A DNA stretch of 64,000 nucleotides from an uncultured Planctomycetaceae bacterium (GCA_963833985.1 CAWIAD010000002.1:4768001-4832000); one strand, 5' to 3'. Shown: positions 13,007-24,102, numbered from the stretch's first letter. Made by a program: numbers and translations. Notes: generated by a model not told the origin, from the sequence alone.

Positions 13007-13228
13007 GACGTGCGATGAAATCCCGGATGTTGCGTCGCTCGAGGAGCTTCTGCTCGTCAGCATACTGCTTCGCCCAGGCAGCCTTTGGCGACTTGCTCAG
13101 GAGGAACCTGCCAGCGGACAGCAGGCTGCGAATGGACCGCACGCGCTCCGCCGGCGAGAGCGCCGGAATCTCGCAACATCTTCCAGAATCACCTCGGTGT
13201 CGCTCGGAAACTTCATGGGCAGGTCCAT
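12996..13228 (-). CDS. Small putative antitoxin (~77 aa; one-base frameshift near 13163)
   Basis: GGAGGA RBS and ATG at 13228. Adding one G gives MDLPMKFPSDTEVILEDVARFRALSPAERVRSIRSLLSAGRFLL...FIARHER. Its stop overlaps the NTase start. Confidence 0.7.
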
Positions 13229-13296
13229 GGTCCGTCCTCCTGTCCGCGGTTCGTCGCCCGTATTGTAGCAGGCGAGACCGGGCCGCTGGAAATGGC

Positions 13297-13950
13297 TCAC
13301 CTTCGACCTTTCCTGTCCGGCGTTCCCGGCTTCCGTTCTGCCGCCTTGCGCTGACCTTCCTCGAGTGCCTTCGCCCCAAGCTGGATGGAGCGAACGTAAA
13401 GCAGTGCTTTCAGTTCCATTCCTGGCGCACCCTTGTCGCGGCTGTGCAGCAGGTAACGCTCCGGCCTGGCATCCGGATCGGACCGGACGTAGACGATGCC
13501 CGAGAGAGTGCCTTCGATTTTCTGACCGTTCTGGAGCGTGATGGCGTGGCCGTACTCGCGGATGGGATAGCTGCGGCCGGTGTAGTACTTCTCGTCGCTG
13601 GCGTTCTCCTTGAATCGCCATTCCTGCTCGTTCCACTCCTTCCGCACCGTGCAGTCGATGCGCCGGATCACCCGCAGGGGGATCTCCCGGTGCTTCTTCT
13701 GCTGCTCGTCGAAGATTTTCAGCCGGGTGTCGCGGGTGAGCTGGATGATCCCCGGATGGATCTTGCCGTCGGAGGTTTCCACGAACCCGGGGACGGCATC
13801 ATCGCGGCTCCTGTCAGCGCGCTCGGAGGGCGAGCCAAACGGGTTCAGCGCAGGGGGTTCGGACTGCTGGGCCGGCGCCGGCAGCGGCCAGGCCAGGAAA
13901 AGAACGATTCCAGGCAGCCAGGGAAGTGGTCGCGGGGCGCAGCGGTGCAT
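13297..13950 (-). CDS. Secreted hypothetical protein
   Basis: Signal peptide (LPGIVLFLAWPLPAPAQ), strong host-like codon bias, divergent from the DUF4159 gene. Confidence 0.75.
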   Translation of the reverse strand: MHRCAPRPLPWLPGIVLFLAWPLPAPAQQSEPPALNPFGSPSERADRSRDDAVPGFVETSDGKIHPGIIQLTRDTRLKIFDEQQKKHREIPLRVIRRIDCTVRKEWNEQEWRFKENASDEKYYTGRSYPIREYGHAITLQNGQKIEGTLSGIVYVRSDPDARPERYLLHSRDKGAPGMELKALLYVRSIQLGAKALEEGQRKAAERKPGTPDRKGRR

Positions 13951-14189
13951 CGGCGAGCCTCCGGAAGGACGCGGAGCCCGGTGGCAGCAGGGCGGGCGGG
14001 CGCTGCCGCAGCCTGCCGGACCGTGGAGCGGGCTCCCATCGAAGATTATAGTGGAAGGAGTGGGTCACCGGTCAGGTCCCGGGAGCGTATTCAGGAAGGG
14101 GCGGTGCGGCCTCCGCTTCTCTGGATGCATTCCCGAAGCGAAGCCGGCCACCCACCCCACACGCGCAGGCGTTACTAAAGGACAACACG

Positions 14190-15770
14190 ATGTCGGCGGC
14201 AAAGCACACAGGCGATGGTGAGCTGTCGCGCAGGCAATTTGTGAAGGACTCCGCGGTCGCCTACTGGACCGCGGCCGGGGCAGCCGGATCCGGGCTGCTT
14301 GCCATGCCGGGGGCCGGATGGGCCCAGGAGGGGTCCGGCCCGGTCGATTGCGGTCCGCCGCCGAAGGCCAGGCCGCAAAGCCGGACCGGCGGTGAGTCGT
14401 TCCCGCCGCTCCCCTTGCCCGCCACGCCGTTGCGGCGCACCGAGAAGAAGCGACCGCCGGCGCCCCCCTCGCTGGTCGGCAAGATGGCCCTGGGGCCGGT
14501 GCGCTGACGTGCGCCGGGGCGACCAGCGCGTGCAGTACCGCGACTGGATGACCGACCCGGCCGACCTCGACAGCCTGCTGGCGTGGACCAACGAGAAGCT
14601 GGGCATCCACTACGGCAAGGCAGAAGCCGACTTCGAGCACTTCTCGTTCGATCCGCGGGAACTGCCGGCATTGCTCTTCGCCGGCCACAACAGCTTCACC
14701 CTGGGCGACGAGGTGCGCCAGAGGCTGGCGCGGTACGTACTGGACGGCGGCATGATCATCGGCGACGCCTGCTGCGGCTGGAAAGACTTCAACGACGCAT
14801 TCCGCCGCGAGGTCGAAGCCACCTTCCCGGGCCGGCCGCTCCGGAAGCTCACGGTCGACGACCCCATCTTCTCGTCCTATTATAAGTTAAGCCAGTTTCA
14901 CTACCAGAAGGCCGACGGCTCGAGGTACGAGGAGGCACCCTGTCTCGAGGGCATTTCCGTCGGCTGCCGCACGGCGCTGGTGTACTCGCCGGTCGACCTC
15001 ACCTGCGGATGGGACGGCCACGACCATCCCCGCGGACTGCGGGTGGTGATCGACCAGTCCCGCCAGATTGGCGCCAACTACATCACCTACTTGCTGGGCA
15101 GCTACCAGCTCGGCCGCTTCCTGAGCAGTACCAAGGTTTACCACGAGGCCGACGCCGCCAGCCGCGACGATTTCTTGTTCGCCCAGCTCGTGCACGACGG
15201 CGACTGGGACCCTGACCCCTCAGCCGTGCACAACCTGCTCAAGCACGTGCGCGACAACTCGACCTTGACCATCAAGTTCAAGAAGGTGAGCGTCCGGCCC
15301 CGGGACCCCAAGGCGATGGGCTATCCCCTGCTCTACATGACGGGCCACCACGAATTCCACTGGAATGACGAGGAGCGAGCCTGGCTACAGCACTACATCA
15401 AGGCCGGCGGCATGCTTCTGGCCGACGCCTGCTGCGGCCGGCTGGCGTTCGACCTGGCCTTCCGGCGCGAGATCGCCGGGGTCCTGCCCGAACACTCGCT
15501 CCAGTCGATCCCGCCCGACCACCCGCTGTACCACGCGCACTACGACATCGGCCGGGTGGAGTACACGCCGCGCGTCGCCGAAGACTTCGGCGCCAGAGCG
15601 CACCGAGCCTCTCGGGCATCACGCTCGACGGCCGGCTCGCCGTGGTCTACAGCCGGTTTGACCTGGGCAACGGCTGGGAGCAATTCCCTCACCCTTACAC
15701 CTACGGCTACAGCGACAAGGACGCGCTGGCGATCGGCACCAACGTGATCGTCACGGCAGTAACCCATTGA
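14190..15770 (+). CDS. Tat-exported double-DUF4159 protein (frameshifts near 14505 and 15598)
   Basis: SRRQFVK Tat motif; PLPLPATPLRRTEKKRPP; two domains, each with a GG..GDACCG-type motif (LLFAGH / LLYMTGH). The reconstructed C-terminus GITLDGRLAVVYSRFDLGNGWE...GTNVIVTAVTH stops at 15770. Confidence 0.8.
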
Positions 15771-15832
15771 GGGAGACCTCAGAGGTAATGTGACGGGCCG
15801 GCAAAGCGCCCGATCGCGCCCGCCGGAGTGAC

Positions 15833-15865
15833 GTAGGGTGCGTCCAGCGCAGCGACGACGCACCG
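15833..15865 (+). repeat. GTAG REP element (same family as 3768)
   Basis: GTAGGGTGCGTCCAGCGCAGCGACGACGCACCG, intergenic. Confidence 0.85.
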
Positions 15866-15908
15866 AGTTTAAACATCATACCACCCGAGCGAATCAGGAA
15901 TCGCCCTC

Positions 15909-18900
15909 ATGTCGCCCCAGGCAGACCTTGTGACCGCCCGGCTGCGAAAGACCTGGCTCCAGTGGTGGACCTGCTCGTTCTGGAGTGGGGCGGTGCTTTC
16001 CCTGGTGGTCTCCCTGGCCACGCTGCTGCTCTTCGTCACGGCCGACGCCCTGCTCCGGCTGCCGCAGCGCGTGATCTTGCCCCTGTTCGCGTTCTGGGTC
16101 GTCCTCAGCCTCATCTGCGTTGCGGCCCTGCTGTACCGCCAGCGGCGCGGCCGGCGCAGCCTGGAGGCCACGGCACGGCGGGTCGAGCTGGCGTTTCCGG
16201 AGCTGGAAAGCCATCTCATCAATCTCGTCCAGTTTGCCGGGCGCGACGGGCTGGAGGACGATCCATTCCGCCGCGCCGCCATCGCCCAGTCGGCGGTCGC
16301 GGTGGCAGACATCCCCTTCCACCAGGCCGCCAGCCGGGAGACGCGGTGGCGCCGGTTTCTGCTCTGCATGCAGACTCCGCAGGACCTGCTGGAAGCGTTC
16401 TTCGTGCTCGCGCTGGTACTCGGCCTGGCTCTACTCCTGGGAGCACTCCTGCCCACCTGGGGATCATCGACCCGGCGCATGCTGCACCCCTTCACGTTCG
16501 TCCCCACGCGCGGCTCGGTCCAGATCGTCAAGGTGACGCCCGGCGATGCCGAGGTGCTCCTGGGCGCCAGTCTGGAGATCACCGCCGAGATCGCTCACCC
16601 GAACCGCAAGGCGTATCCCGCCACGCTCTACGTCCGCCAGGAAGGAAAGCCGGAGTCCGCCCAGCCGATGCTCGCTGATGAGACCGGCGGCCGCTACGTC
16701 GCCGCGCTCTCCCAGGTGCTCGCTCCGCTTGGATACCGGCTCCAGATCGGCGATTCGCAGACGCCGGTCTACCAGGTCACCACCTATCAGAAGCCGTCCG
16801 TCGCCGGGGTGGAAGTGGCCTACGAGTTCCCCTCGTATCTGAACCGGCCGCGGGAAGTGGTCCGGCAGACGCAGGGCGATCTGGAGGCGCCCCAGTTCAC
16901 CCGGGCCGAGCTGAAAATCCACCCCACGGCGCCCATTGCCCGGGGCCAGCTCGTGCTGGGAGACACGACGATCGAGGGCCAGGTCGGCGACGACGGCAAG
17001 ACGCTCCACGCCCGGCTTCTGCTGCGGGACACGACCACGTACACCATCCACCTGTTCACCGCAACGGGCCATACCGATCCGCAGCCGCGGGTGAACCAGT
17101 TGAAGGTGCTGAGCGACGCGCCCCCGACCGTGGCCATCGTGGAGCCGGCTGGCGAGACAACCGTCGCCGTGGGCGGCAAGCCGAACATCGTGGTCCGGGC
17201 CGGCGATGATTACGGGCTGGGCGAGGTGCGGATCGAGTCCCGGATCGAGTCCCCGGGCGCGGATGCGACTCCGGCGGCTGTCCGTACGGAGGCGCGGTGG
17301 ACGACGTTCGCCGCCACCGGTGCGGTCCAGAGCCAGAACCTTGCCCTGGATGCGGCCAGGGTGAAGCCGGGGCAGACGGTCTGGGTACGGGCCGTCGCGC
17401 GCGACACGCGGAACGTCAAGCTCCCCGAGCTGGAGCTCGGGCCCCAGGAGTCGGCCTCGCCCTGGCTGCCAATCCACCTCGTGGCCGCCGAGAACAAGGC
17501 GAAGGCGGATCTCGCCCAGCTTGAAAGCCTGCGAACCGCCCTCGCGCGCATCCTTCAGGACCAGCTCCGGGCCCGGGCGGAGACCGCCGGCTTGCCCCGG
17601 AGTGGGACCGATGCCGAGGCCGGCAGCCATGCAACCGCCCTCCGCAGCCAGCAGGTCGGCATCCAGAAGGCGTCAGCGGTCCTCGTGGAGGCGATCGCCG
17701 CGACCGGCGATGCCGATACAGTGGACATCAAGCGTGCGCTCGGCAAGCTGGCCTTCGGCGCGATGGTCCAGGCCATCCGTCAGGCCGAACTGCTGCAACA
17801 GGTCAAGCTGCTGTCCGGGTTCACCAGGCCGGCCGGGGAACTGGGGGCCACCCAGGAGCAGATCATCGACGTGCTGCGCAGAATGCTCGGCGAGCTGCGC
17901 AGGGAAGCGGCCGACGTGCTGGCCGAGCTCAAGAAGCGGCCCGACACGCAGCTTCCCGCGGACGTCCAGAGCAAGCTGCGGGACCTGAAGGACAAGCTCG
18001 CCGAGTTCCTCAAGCAGCAGAAGAAGGTCATCGAGGCCACCGAGAACCTGGCCAAGAAGCCGGTCGAGGATTTCACCGAGAAGGAGAAGCAACTGCTCAA
18101 GGACCTCGCCGCGGCCGAGGACGAATGGGCCAGGTTCATGGCCGACAAGCACACTGACCTGAGCAAGCTTCCCGAGCAGGACTTCTCCAATCCGAGCCTG
18201 CTCAAGGAGCTGGTCGAGGTGCAGACCGAGCTCAAGATGGCCAAGGACGCGCTCACCAAGAAGACCGCCGACATCGCCGTGCCGCTCGAGCAGCTCGGGG
18301 CCGAGATGGCCAAGGAGATGACCACCAATATCGAGAAGTGGCTCCCGGACACGCCCGACCGCGAGCGCTGGAGCCAGGAAGAGCCGCTCACCGGCGACAT
18401 GAAGGAAGCCCCCATGGCCGAGCTTCCCAGGGAGATGGAAGACATCGTCGGCAAGCTCATGGAGGGCGAGGAAGACCTGTTCAACGAGATGGAAGACGCG
18501 TCGAGTACCTGGGCCGACTCGCTGGACAAGGGGGCCGGCTGGGATGCCATGGACGGCCCGATCTCGAACAACAGCGCACGCGGGGTGACCGGCAATCGCC
18601 TCCCCAATACCAGCGAGATCGCCGGGCGCAGTGGCGAGGGACGGCAGGGCAAGTCGAGCGGCGAGTTCGTGGGCGACACGGCTGTAGGGAAGGGGGGCAG
18701 GAACACGCCCAGCCGGCTCACGCCCGACGCCTTCGTGAAAGGGCAGGTCAAGGACTACAGCAAGGACCCCGTGGGCGGTGCCACCGGCGGCGGCAAGGAG
18801 AGCGGCGCCGGCGGTGAGGGACTGCACGGACCGATCCCCGACCGGCCGGCGCGCGACATGGGCCGCCTGGCGACCAGGCAGGCCCAGCTTCGCAACAAGG

Positions 18901-19265
18901 CCGAGGGGGTCGACCTCCGCTTCAAGGTGCTCAAGTACCACCACAACGACCTCAAGCGGATGATCGACGTGATGGCCACCGTCGAAACCGACCTCAAGGC
19001 CGGTCGCTACCAGAGCGCCCTGCGCCGTCGCGACGTGCTGCTCCAGGGCCTCGGCCAGGTGAAGACCTACCTGAAAGGCGAGTTCACCGTCCGGCAGGAC
19101 CGCACCGCCAACCTGCCGACCGATGTCCAGAAAGAGATCCTGGGCAGCATGCAGGAGCCGTCTCCACCCGGCTGGGAAGAGCTCAACCGGCAGTATTTCG
19201 AGCGGCTCACCTCGGCGCCGTCCGGGACACCCGCCTCCAGCAAGCCTCAGCCCGAAAAGAAGTGA
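15909..19265 (+). CDS. Large membrane-anchored Ig-like/coiled-coil protein (DUF4175-like)
   Basis: Three N-terminal TMs, ARRVELAFPEL, a beta-rich region with DAPPTV and AGDDYGL motifs, a long E/K/Q-rich coiled coil, a Gly-rich tail and PGWEELNRQYFERL. Confidence 0.78.
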   Translation: MSPQADLVTARLRKTWLQWWTCSFWSGAVLSLVVSLATLLLFVTADALLRLPQRVILPLFAFWVVLSLICVAALLYRQRRGRRSLEATARRVELAFPELESHLINLVQFAGRDGLEDDPFRRAAIAQSAVAVADIPFHQAASRETRWRRFLLCMQTPQDLLEAFFVLALVLGLALLLGALLPTWGSSTRRMLHPFTFVPTRGSVQIVKVTPGDAEVLLGASLEITAEIAHPNRKAYPATLYVRQEGKPESAQPMLADETGGRYVAALSQVLAPLGYRLQIGDSQTPVYQVTTYQKPSVAGVEVAYEFPSYLNRPREVVRQTQGDLEAPQFTRAELKIHPTAPIARGQLVLGDTTIEGQVGDDGKTLHARLLLRDTTTYTIHLFTATGHTDPQPRVNQLKVLSDAPPTVAIVEPAGETTVAVGGKPNIVVRAGDDYGLGEVRIESRIESPGADATPAAVRTEARWTTFAATGAVQSQNLALDAARVKPGQTVWVRAVARDTRNVKLPELELGPQESASPWLPIHLVAAENKAKADLAQLESLRTALARILQDQLRARAETAGLPRSGTDAEAGSHATALRSQQVGIQKASAVLVEAIAATGDADTVDIKRALGKLAFGAMVQAIRQAELLQQVKLLSGFTRPAGELGATQEQIIDVLRRMLGELRREAADVLAELKKRPDTQLPADVQSKLRDLKDKLAEFLKQQKKVIEATENLAKKPVEDFTEKEKQLLKDLAAAEDEWARFMADKHTDLSKLPEQDFSNPSLLKELVEVQTELKMAKDALTKKTADIAVPLEQLGAEMAKEMTTNIEKWLPDTPDRERWSQEEPLTGDMKEAPMAELPREMEDIVGKLMEGEEDLFNEMEDASSTWADSLDKGAGWDAMDGPISNNSARGVTGNRLPNTSEIAGRSGEGRQGKSSGEFVGDTAVGKGGRNTPSRLTPDAFVKGQVKDYSKDPVGGATGGGKESGAGGEGLHGPIPDRPARDMGRLATRQAQLRNKAEGVDLRFKVLKYHHNDLKRMIDVMATVETDLKAGRYQSALRRRDVLLQGLGQVKTYLKGEFTVRQDRTANLPTDVQKEILGSMQEPSPPGWEELNRQYFERLTSAPSGTPASSKPQPEKK

Positions 19266-19271
19266 ACGAGC

Positions 19272-20634
19272 ATGCAATCCGCAAGTCTGCTCCTGGAACA
19301 AGTGCGACCCGCCGCTTCGAAAACATGGGCGGATGCGGGGTGGCGCTCTGCCTTCCGGCTCTTACCCCTTTCCAGCTTCTCAGCCTTCGGCTGGATCTTG
19401 ACCCTGCTGATGATCTCGGCCGTTCCCGCACTGGCTCAGCAACCGGCCACCGGTTCTTCCAGGAAGCTCGTCATCCCGTTTGATTTTGAGTCCAGGTTCG
19501 ACGAGGGCGAGTACGGCCAGACGATTGGCGATATGCTCTGGACCAGGCTCCATCGCGAGGGCGGCTTCATCCTCCCCGAATCCATGCAGGACGTCCGTGA
19601 CTGGAGCCAGCGCCACCCATACCCTCCCCGGCCCCGATACACCGCTCGCGAAGATGAAGGAGATCGTCGTCACCGAGCAGGCGGGGGATATCGGCATCTG
19701 GGGCAAGGTAGAGCGCGTGCCCGGCTTCGAGACCGACGTCTACGACCTCTGGATCAACGTCGCCGATTTTTCGACCGACCCTCCCCGCTGGATCTATCAA
19801 AAGAAGGCCCGCACGAAGACCGTCAGCGAGATTCCTCACCTCTATGTCAAGGAAGCGCTCGACCGACTTTACGGCCGCACGGAGCAAGCAGCCGGCGGGC
19901 CGGATCCCGCGCTGGAGGAACGCTGGCGCACGGCTCCGAACCTGGTGAAGGGCGACTTCGAGCAAGGGCGTGCCGCGCCGACCGGCTGGGACCCCCTGCC
20001 CCACGGTGTCACCTGGGTGCCAGAAAAAGCCAGAGACGGGAAGGCCGGCAACCGCATCATCCGGTTCACGATGAACGAAGACGTGGCGGGATCGACCGGC
20101 GTGCTCTACTACAGCAGCCTCTTCCCGGTCGAGGAAGGGGCGACCTATCGCTTCCAGTGCCGCTGGCAAACGACCGGCTCGGCTGCCAAGGTCTTCATCA
20201 AGTGCTACGACGAACTGCCGACCTCATTCCGCACCCGCGCCGACGGCGATGCGCTGAAGACGGAGAAACGCGAGATCTATCGCAGCCAGCAGAATCTCCA
20301 GGGTCATCCCGGTGCCTGGAACGTGCAGACCGAGGACTTCACGCCCGAGCACACCCAGTTCACTCCCCGGTGGGGTCGCGTGATGCTCTACGCCTTCTGG
20401 CCGGCGGGAAGCGTCGCATGGGATGACGTCGTCGTGAAGCAGATCAAACCGGCCCCTCCACGGCAGGGCGCAAAGGTCCGTCGTCCTTCCACGGAAACGA
20501 GGGTCCGGAGCCAGGAGATGGAAGACGATTCCCCAGCCCCGAAGGCCCCACAATTTCCCGGCAAAACGCGAGGTCGGCCGCGGCCAGGAATAAACTCGGG
20601 TCCGGATGCCTCGCGCTCGTCACTGCCAGGTTGA
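19272..20634 (+). CDS. Secreted hypothetical protein with a C-terminal CBM-like beta-sandwich (frameshift near 19617)
   Basis: Signal LLMISAVPALAQ in the first frame. The second frame carries PNLVKGDFE...GWD, VEEGATYRF and VAWDDVVVKQ, typical of CBM4/9-like folds. Confidence 0.65.
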
Positions 20635-20723
20635 TCTTGCCCCACTTTCCCGCCATCCTGGAGAGCATGCTCCAGAAGTCTTCCCTCTGGACAGCCACAA
20701 CTGCGCAGGAAGGCGAGGCGACG

Positions 20724-22568
20724 ATGACGATGCTGCATTGGTCCTGGACCTGTTTGGTGCTGCCGGTAATGGCCGTGCTGCCGATGATCGGCGCGGGCTC
20801 GGCCCGCGCCGGCGACGACATCCGCGATGAGGATCTGGCCGCCGTGGCGAAGGCGGACGATCTGCTCAAGGCCATGACGCTGGACGAGAAGATTGGCCAG
20901 ATGACCCAGGCCGACCTGAAGGCCATCAAGGATCAGAACGACATCACCCGCTTCGCCCTGGGCTCGGTGCTCAGCGGCGGTGATTCAGACCCCGACGACA
21001 TCACGCCCGCAGGCTGGGCCAGGACGCACGACGAACTTCAATCCTACGCCCTCAAGAGCCGCCTCAAGGTCCCGCTGATCTACGGGATCGACGCGGTCCA
21101 CGGGCACAACAACGTGGATGGCGCGGTGATCTTCCCGCACAACGTCGGCCTGGGCGCGACACGCGATCCCGGACTGGTCGAGAAGGCCGCGCGAGTCACC
21201 GCGCTCGAACTCGTGGGCACCGGTATCCGCTGGGCCTTCGCACCCTGCCTGGCCGTCGCTCGCGACGAGCGCTGGGGCCGGACTTACGAGAGCTTCGGAG
21301 AAAACCCTGAGCTCGTGCGCGAGATCGGCGCCGCCGCGGTACGCGGCCTCCAGGGGCCCACGCTGGGAGACACCACTTCGGTACTCGCCTGCGCCAAACA
21401 CTTCCTGGGCGACGGCGGCACGACCCACGGCGTGGATCAGGGAAACACCCAGTGCGATCTGGCCACACTCAAGAAGATCCACCTTCCCGGCTACCTCGGC
21501 GCATTCCAGGCCGGGGCGGGGTCGGTCATGCCCTCTTACAGTAGCTGGAACGGCAAGAAGATGCACGGCAACCGTGACCTTCTGACCGGGCTGCTCAAGC
21601 AGGAGCTCGGCTTCTCCGGCTTCATCGTCTCCGACTGGGCCGCCATCGACCAGCTCTCGCGTGATTACAAGACGGCCATCGAGCACTCGATCAATGCCGG
21701 CCTCGACATGGTCATGATCCCCTCTGGGCCAGGGCAAAGAAACAACTATGTCGATTTCATCCGCCTGCTCAAGGAACTGGTGCGGGAGGGGAAAGTGCCG
21801 GAATCCCGGATCGACGACGCGGCCCGACGCATCCTCCTGGTGAAGGCCCGGATGCACCTGTTTGACCATCCCTGCTCTGATCCGTCGCTGACTTCGGCCG
21901 TCGGCTCGGCCGAGCATCGCCAGGTGGCGCGGCAGTGCGTGCAAAAGTCGCTCGTGCTGCTCAAGAATGAGAAACGTGTGCTGCCGGTCTCGAAGCAGGC
22001 CAGGCGTATCGTCCTCGTGGGCAAGGCGGCCGACGACCTGGGAATCCAGTGCGGAGGCTGGACGATCGCCTGGCAAGGTAAAACGGGCCGCGTCACCCAG
22101 GGCGGCACGACGCTCCTGGCCGCCATGAAGCAGGCCGTCCCGTCAGGCACCGAGGTGGTTCATTCCCCTGACGGCTCAGGCGCCGCGGGGGCCGACGCGG
22201 TGATCGTGGTCATCGGCGAGCGCCCCTATGCCGAGATGCGGGGCGATCGCAGGGACCTGAGCCTGCCCGCGGAGGACCTCGCCGCACTGAAGACCGCGAA
22301 AGCGGCCGGTGTCCCCGTGGCGACCGTGGTCTACTCGGGCCGCCCCGTGCTGCTCGGCCCCGTGCTGGAATCGAGCGATGCCGTACTGGCCGCCTGGCTC
22401 CCCGGTACCGAGGGTGCGGGCATCGCCGACGTGCTCCTGGGCGACGTCAAGCCAACCGGCAAGCTCCCCCACTCCTGGCCCCGCTCGATGGACCAGGTCC
22501 CCTGCAACCTCGACGACGGCACCGCCGCCGATCCGCTCTTCCCTTATGGCTACGGCCTGAGCTACTAA
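20724..22568 (+). CDS. Glycoside hydrolase family 3 beta-glucosidase, secreted
   Basis: MTLDEKIGQM, DAVHGH, RWGRTYESFGE, CAKHF, IVSDW (nucleophile Asp), LVLLKN, AWLPGTEG and LFPYGYGLSY. Confidence 0.95.
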   Translation: MTMLHWSWTCLVLPVMAVLPMIGAGSARAGDDIRDEDLAAVAKADDLLKAMTLDEKIGQMTQADLKAIKDQNDITRFALGSVLSGGDSDPDDITPAGWARTHDELQSYALKSRLKVPLIYGIDAVHGHNNVDGAVIFPHNVGLGATRDPGLVEKAARVTALELVGTGIRWAFAPCLAVARDERWGRTYESFGENPELVREIGAAAVRGLQGPTLGDTTSVLACAKHFLGDGGTTHGVDQGNTQCDLATLKKIHLPGYLGAFQAGAGSVMPSYSSWNGKKMHGNRDLLTGLLKQELGFSGFIVSDWAAIDQLSRDYKTAIEHSINAGLDMVMIPSGPGQRNNYVDFIRLLKELVREGKVPESRIDDAARRILLVKARMHLFDHPCSDPSLTSAVGSAEHRQVARQCVQKSLVLLKNEKRVLPVSKQARRIVLVGKAADDLGIQCGGWTIAWQGKTGRVTQGGTTLLAAMKQAVPSGTEVVHSPDGSGAAGADAVIVVIGERPYAEMRGDRRDLSLPAEDLAALKTAKAAGVPVATVVYSGRPVLLGPVLESSDAVLAAWLPGTEGAGIADVLLGDVKPTGKLPHSWPRSMDQVPCNLDDGTAADPLFPYGYGLSY

Positions 22569-22592
22569 GTAGCTCCCCGTAAGAGGGAAAGT

Positions 22593-22644
22593 GTGGAACG
22601 GCCGCCCTCGGCCGTCCTGAGCCAGCCGAGGGCGGCTGGCCCAG
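22593..22644. terminator. GC-rich hairpin (REP-like doublet or terminator) after the GH3 gene
   Basis: GCCGCCCTCGGC ... GCCGAGGGCGGC inverted repeat; no clear U-tract. Confidence 0.55.
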
Positions 22645-22770
22645 ATTCCAAGAGGCGAGGATCTATTTAGGCGAGACGATTCGGCGGATCTCGTAAAACA
22701 TTGCGGACCGAACGGACCGAACACCGTGGGTTCTCCAGGTTCGGCTGATGATCCAGGTCAAGGGGATGTG

Positions 22771-24102
22771 ATGACAATGACGCGCTGGTTCGACTCGCTC
22801 CAGTCCGCGATCGAGACCTCGTCGGTTCGCGTGGGCATCATCGGGTTGGGGTACGTTGGTCTGCCGCTCGCCCGTGCCTTCGCCGCGAAAGGCATCGCAG
22901 TCCTTGGCTTCGACGTCGATCCCGAAAAAGTCGCCAGGCTGGACCGTGGCCAGAGCTACATCGGCCACATTCCCGATGAAACGATCCGGCAGATGCGCGC
23001 GCAGGGGTTCGAGGCAACCACGTCCTTCGAGCGGCTGGACGAGCCCGACGTGATCATCATCTGCGTGCCAACCCCCTTGACCGACGCCCGCGAACCCGAC
23101 CTGACCTATATCGTGAAGTCGGCCGAGGCGATCGCATCACGCTTACGTCCGGGCCAGCTCATCGTGCTCGAGAGCACGACTTATCCCGGGACCACGCGTG
23201 ACGTTCTGCTCCCTGTGCTGGCGGCGCGGGGGTTGACCCCGGGCACCGACTTTTTCCTCGCATTCAGCCCGGAGCGTGAAGATCCGGGCAACCCCCAGTT
23301 CTCGGCGCCCACCATTCCCAAGGTCGTGGGAGGGCTGGACGCCGCCAGCCTCGAGCTCGCCGCGGCCCTTTACGGCAAGGTGGTCGTCCGCGTCGTGCCG
23401 GTCTCGAGCCCCGAGGTGGCCGAGGCCTCCAAGATCCTCGAGAACACGTACCGCGCCGTGAACATCGCCCTGGTGAACGAGCTGAAGATGCTCTACGACC
23501 GCATGGGCATCAACGTCTGGGAGGTGATCGAGGCGGCGAAGAGCAAGCCCTTTGGCTTCCAGGCGTTCTATCCGGGCCCCGGCCTGGGCGGCCACTGTAT
23601 CCCGATCGATCCCTTTTACCTCACCTGGGTGGCCCGCAAGCACGGCCTGGCCACGCGTTTCATCGAGCTGGCCGGAGAAATCAACACGGCGATGCCCGCT
23701 TACGTGGTCAGCCGGGTGGCCGATGCGCTGAATTCTGACCGCAAATCCATCAACGGCAGCAAGATCACGCTGCTGGGCATGGCCTACAAGAAGGACGTGG
23801 ACGATCCTCGCGAGTCCCCCGGTTTCGAGCTCATGCAGTTGCTTTTGAACAAGGGGGCCGAGGTTCGCTACAACGACCCCCACATCCCCGTGCTGCCGCC
23901 GATGCGCCACTATCCGAACCTGCACATGTCGAGCACCGCATTGACCCCCGAGTTCCTCGCCGCGCAGGATTGCGTCCTCATCGTCACCGACCACTCGGCC
24001 TACGACTGGCCCTGGATCGCCACCCATGCCCATCTCATCGTCGATACCCGCAATGCCCTGAAAAACGTCTCCAGTTCGCAAGCCACGATCGTCCGGGGAT
24101 GA
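22771..24102 (+). CDS. wbpA: Nucleotide-sugar dehydrogenase (UDP-GlcNAc 6-dehydrogenase, WbpA/WecC family)
   Basis: GLGYVGLP, ICVPTP, LESTTYPGTT, FSPEREDPGN, ENTYRAVNIALVNE, GPGLGGHCIPIDP and AYKKDVDDPRESP. Confidence 0.9.
   Translation: MTMTRWFDSLQSAIETSSVRVGIIGLGYVGLPLARAFAAKGIAVLGFDVDPEKVARLDRGQSYIGHIPDETIRQMRAQGFEATTSFERLDEPDVIIICVPTPLTDAREPDLTYIVKSAEAIASRLRPGQLIVLESTTYPGTTRDVLLPVLAARGLTPGTDFFLAFSPEREDPGNPQFSAPTIPKVVGGLDAASLELAAALYGKVVVRVVPVSSPEVAEASKILENTYRAVNIALVNELKMLYDRMGINVWEVIEAAKSKPFGFQAFYPGPGLGGHCIPIDPFYLTWVARKHGLATRFIELAGEINTAMPAYVVSRVADALNSDRKSINGSKITLLGMAYKKDVDDPRESPGFELMQLLLNKGAEVRYNDPHIPVLPPMRHYPNLHMSSTALTPEFLAAQDCVLIVTDHSAYDWPWIATHAHLIVDTRNALKNVSSSQATIVRG

Noticed and set aside
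17673..19301. 542-aa minus-strand ORF and many similar overlapping ORFs in the track
   Set aside because: Antisense or alternate-frame shadows of well-supported genes.
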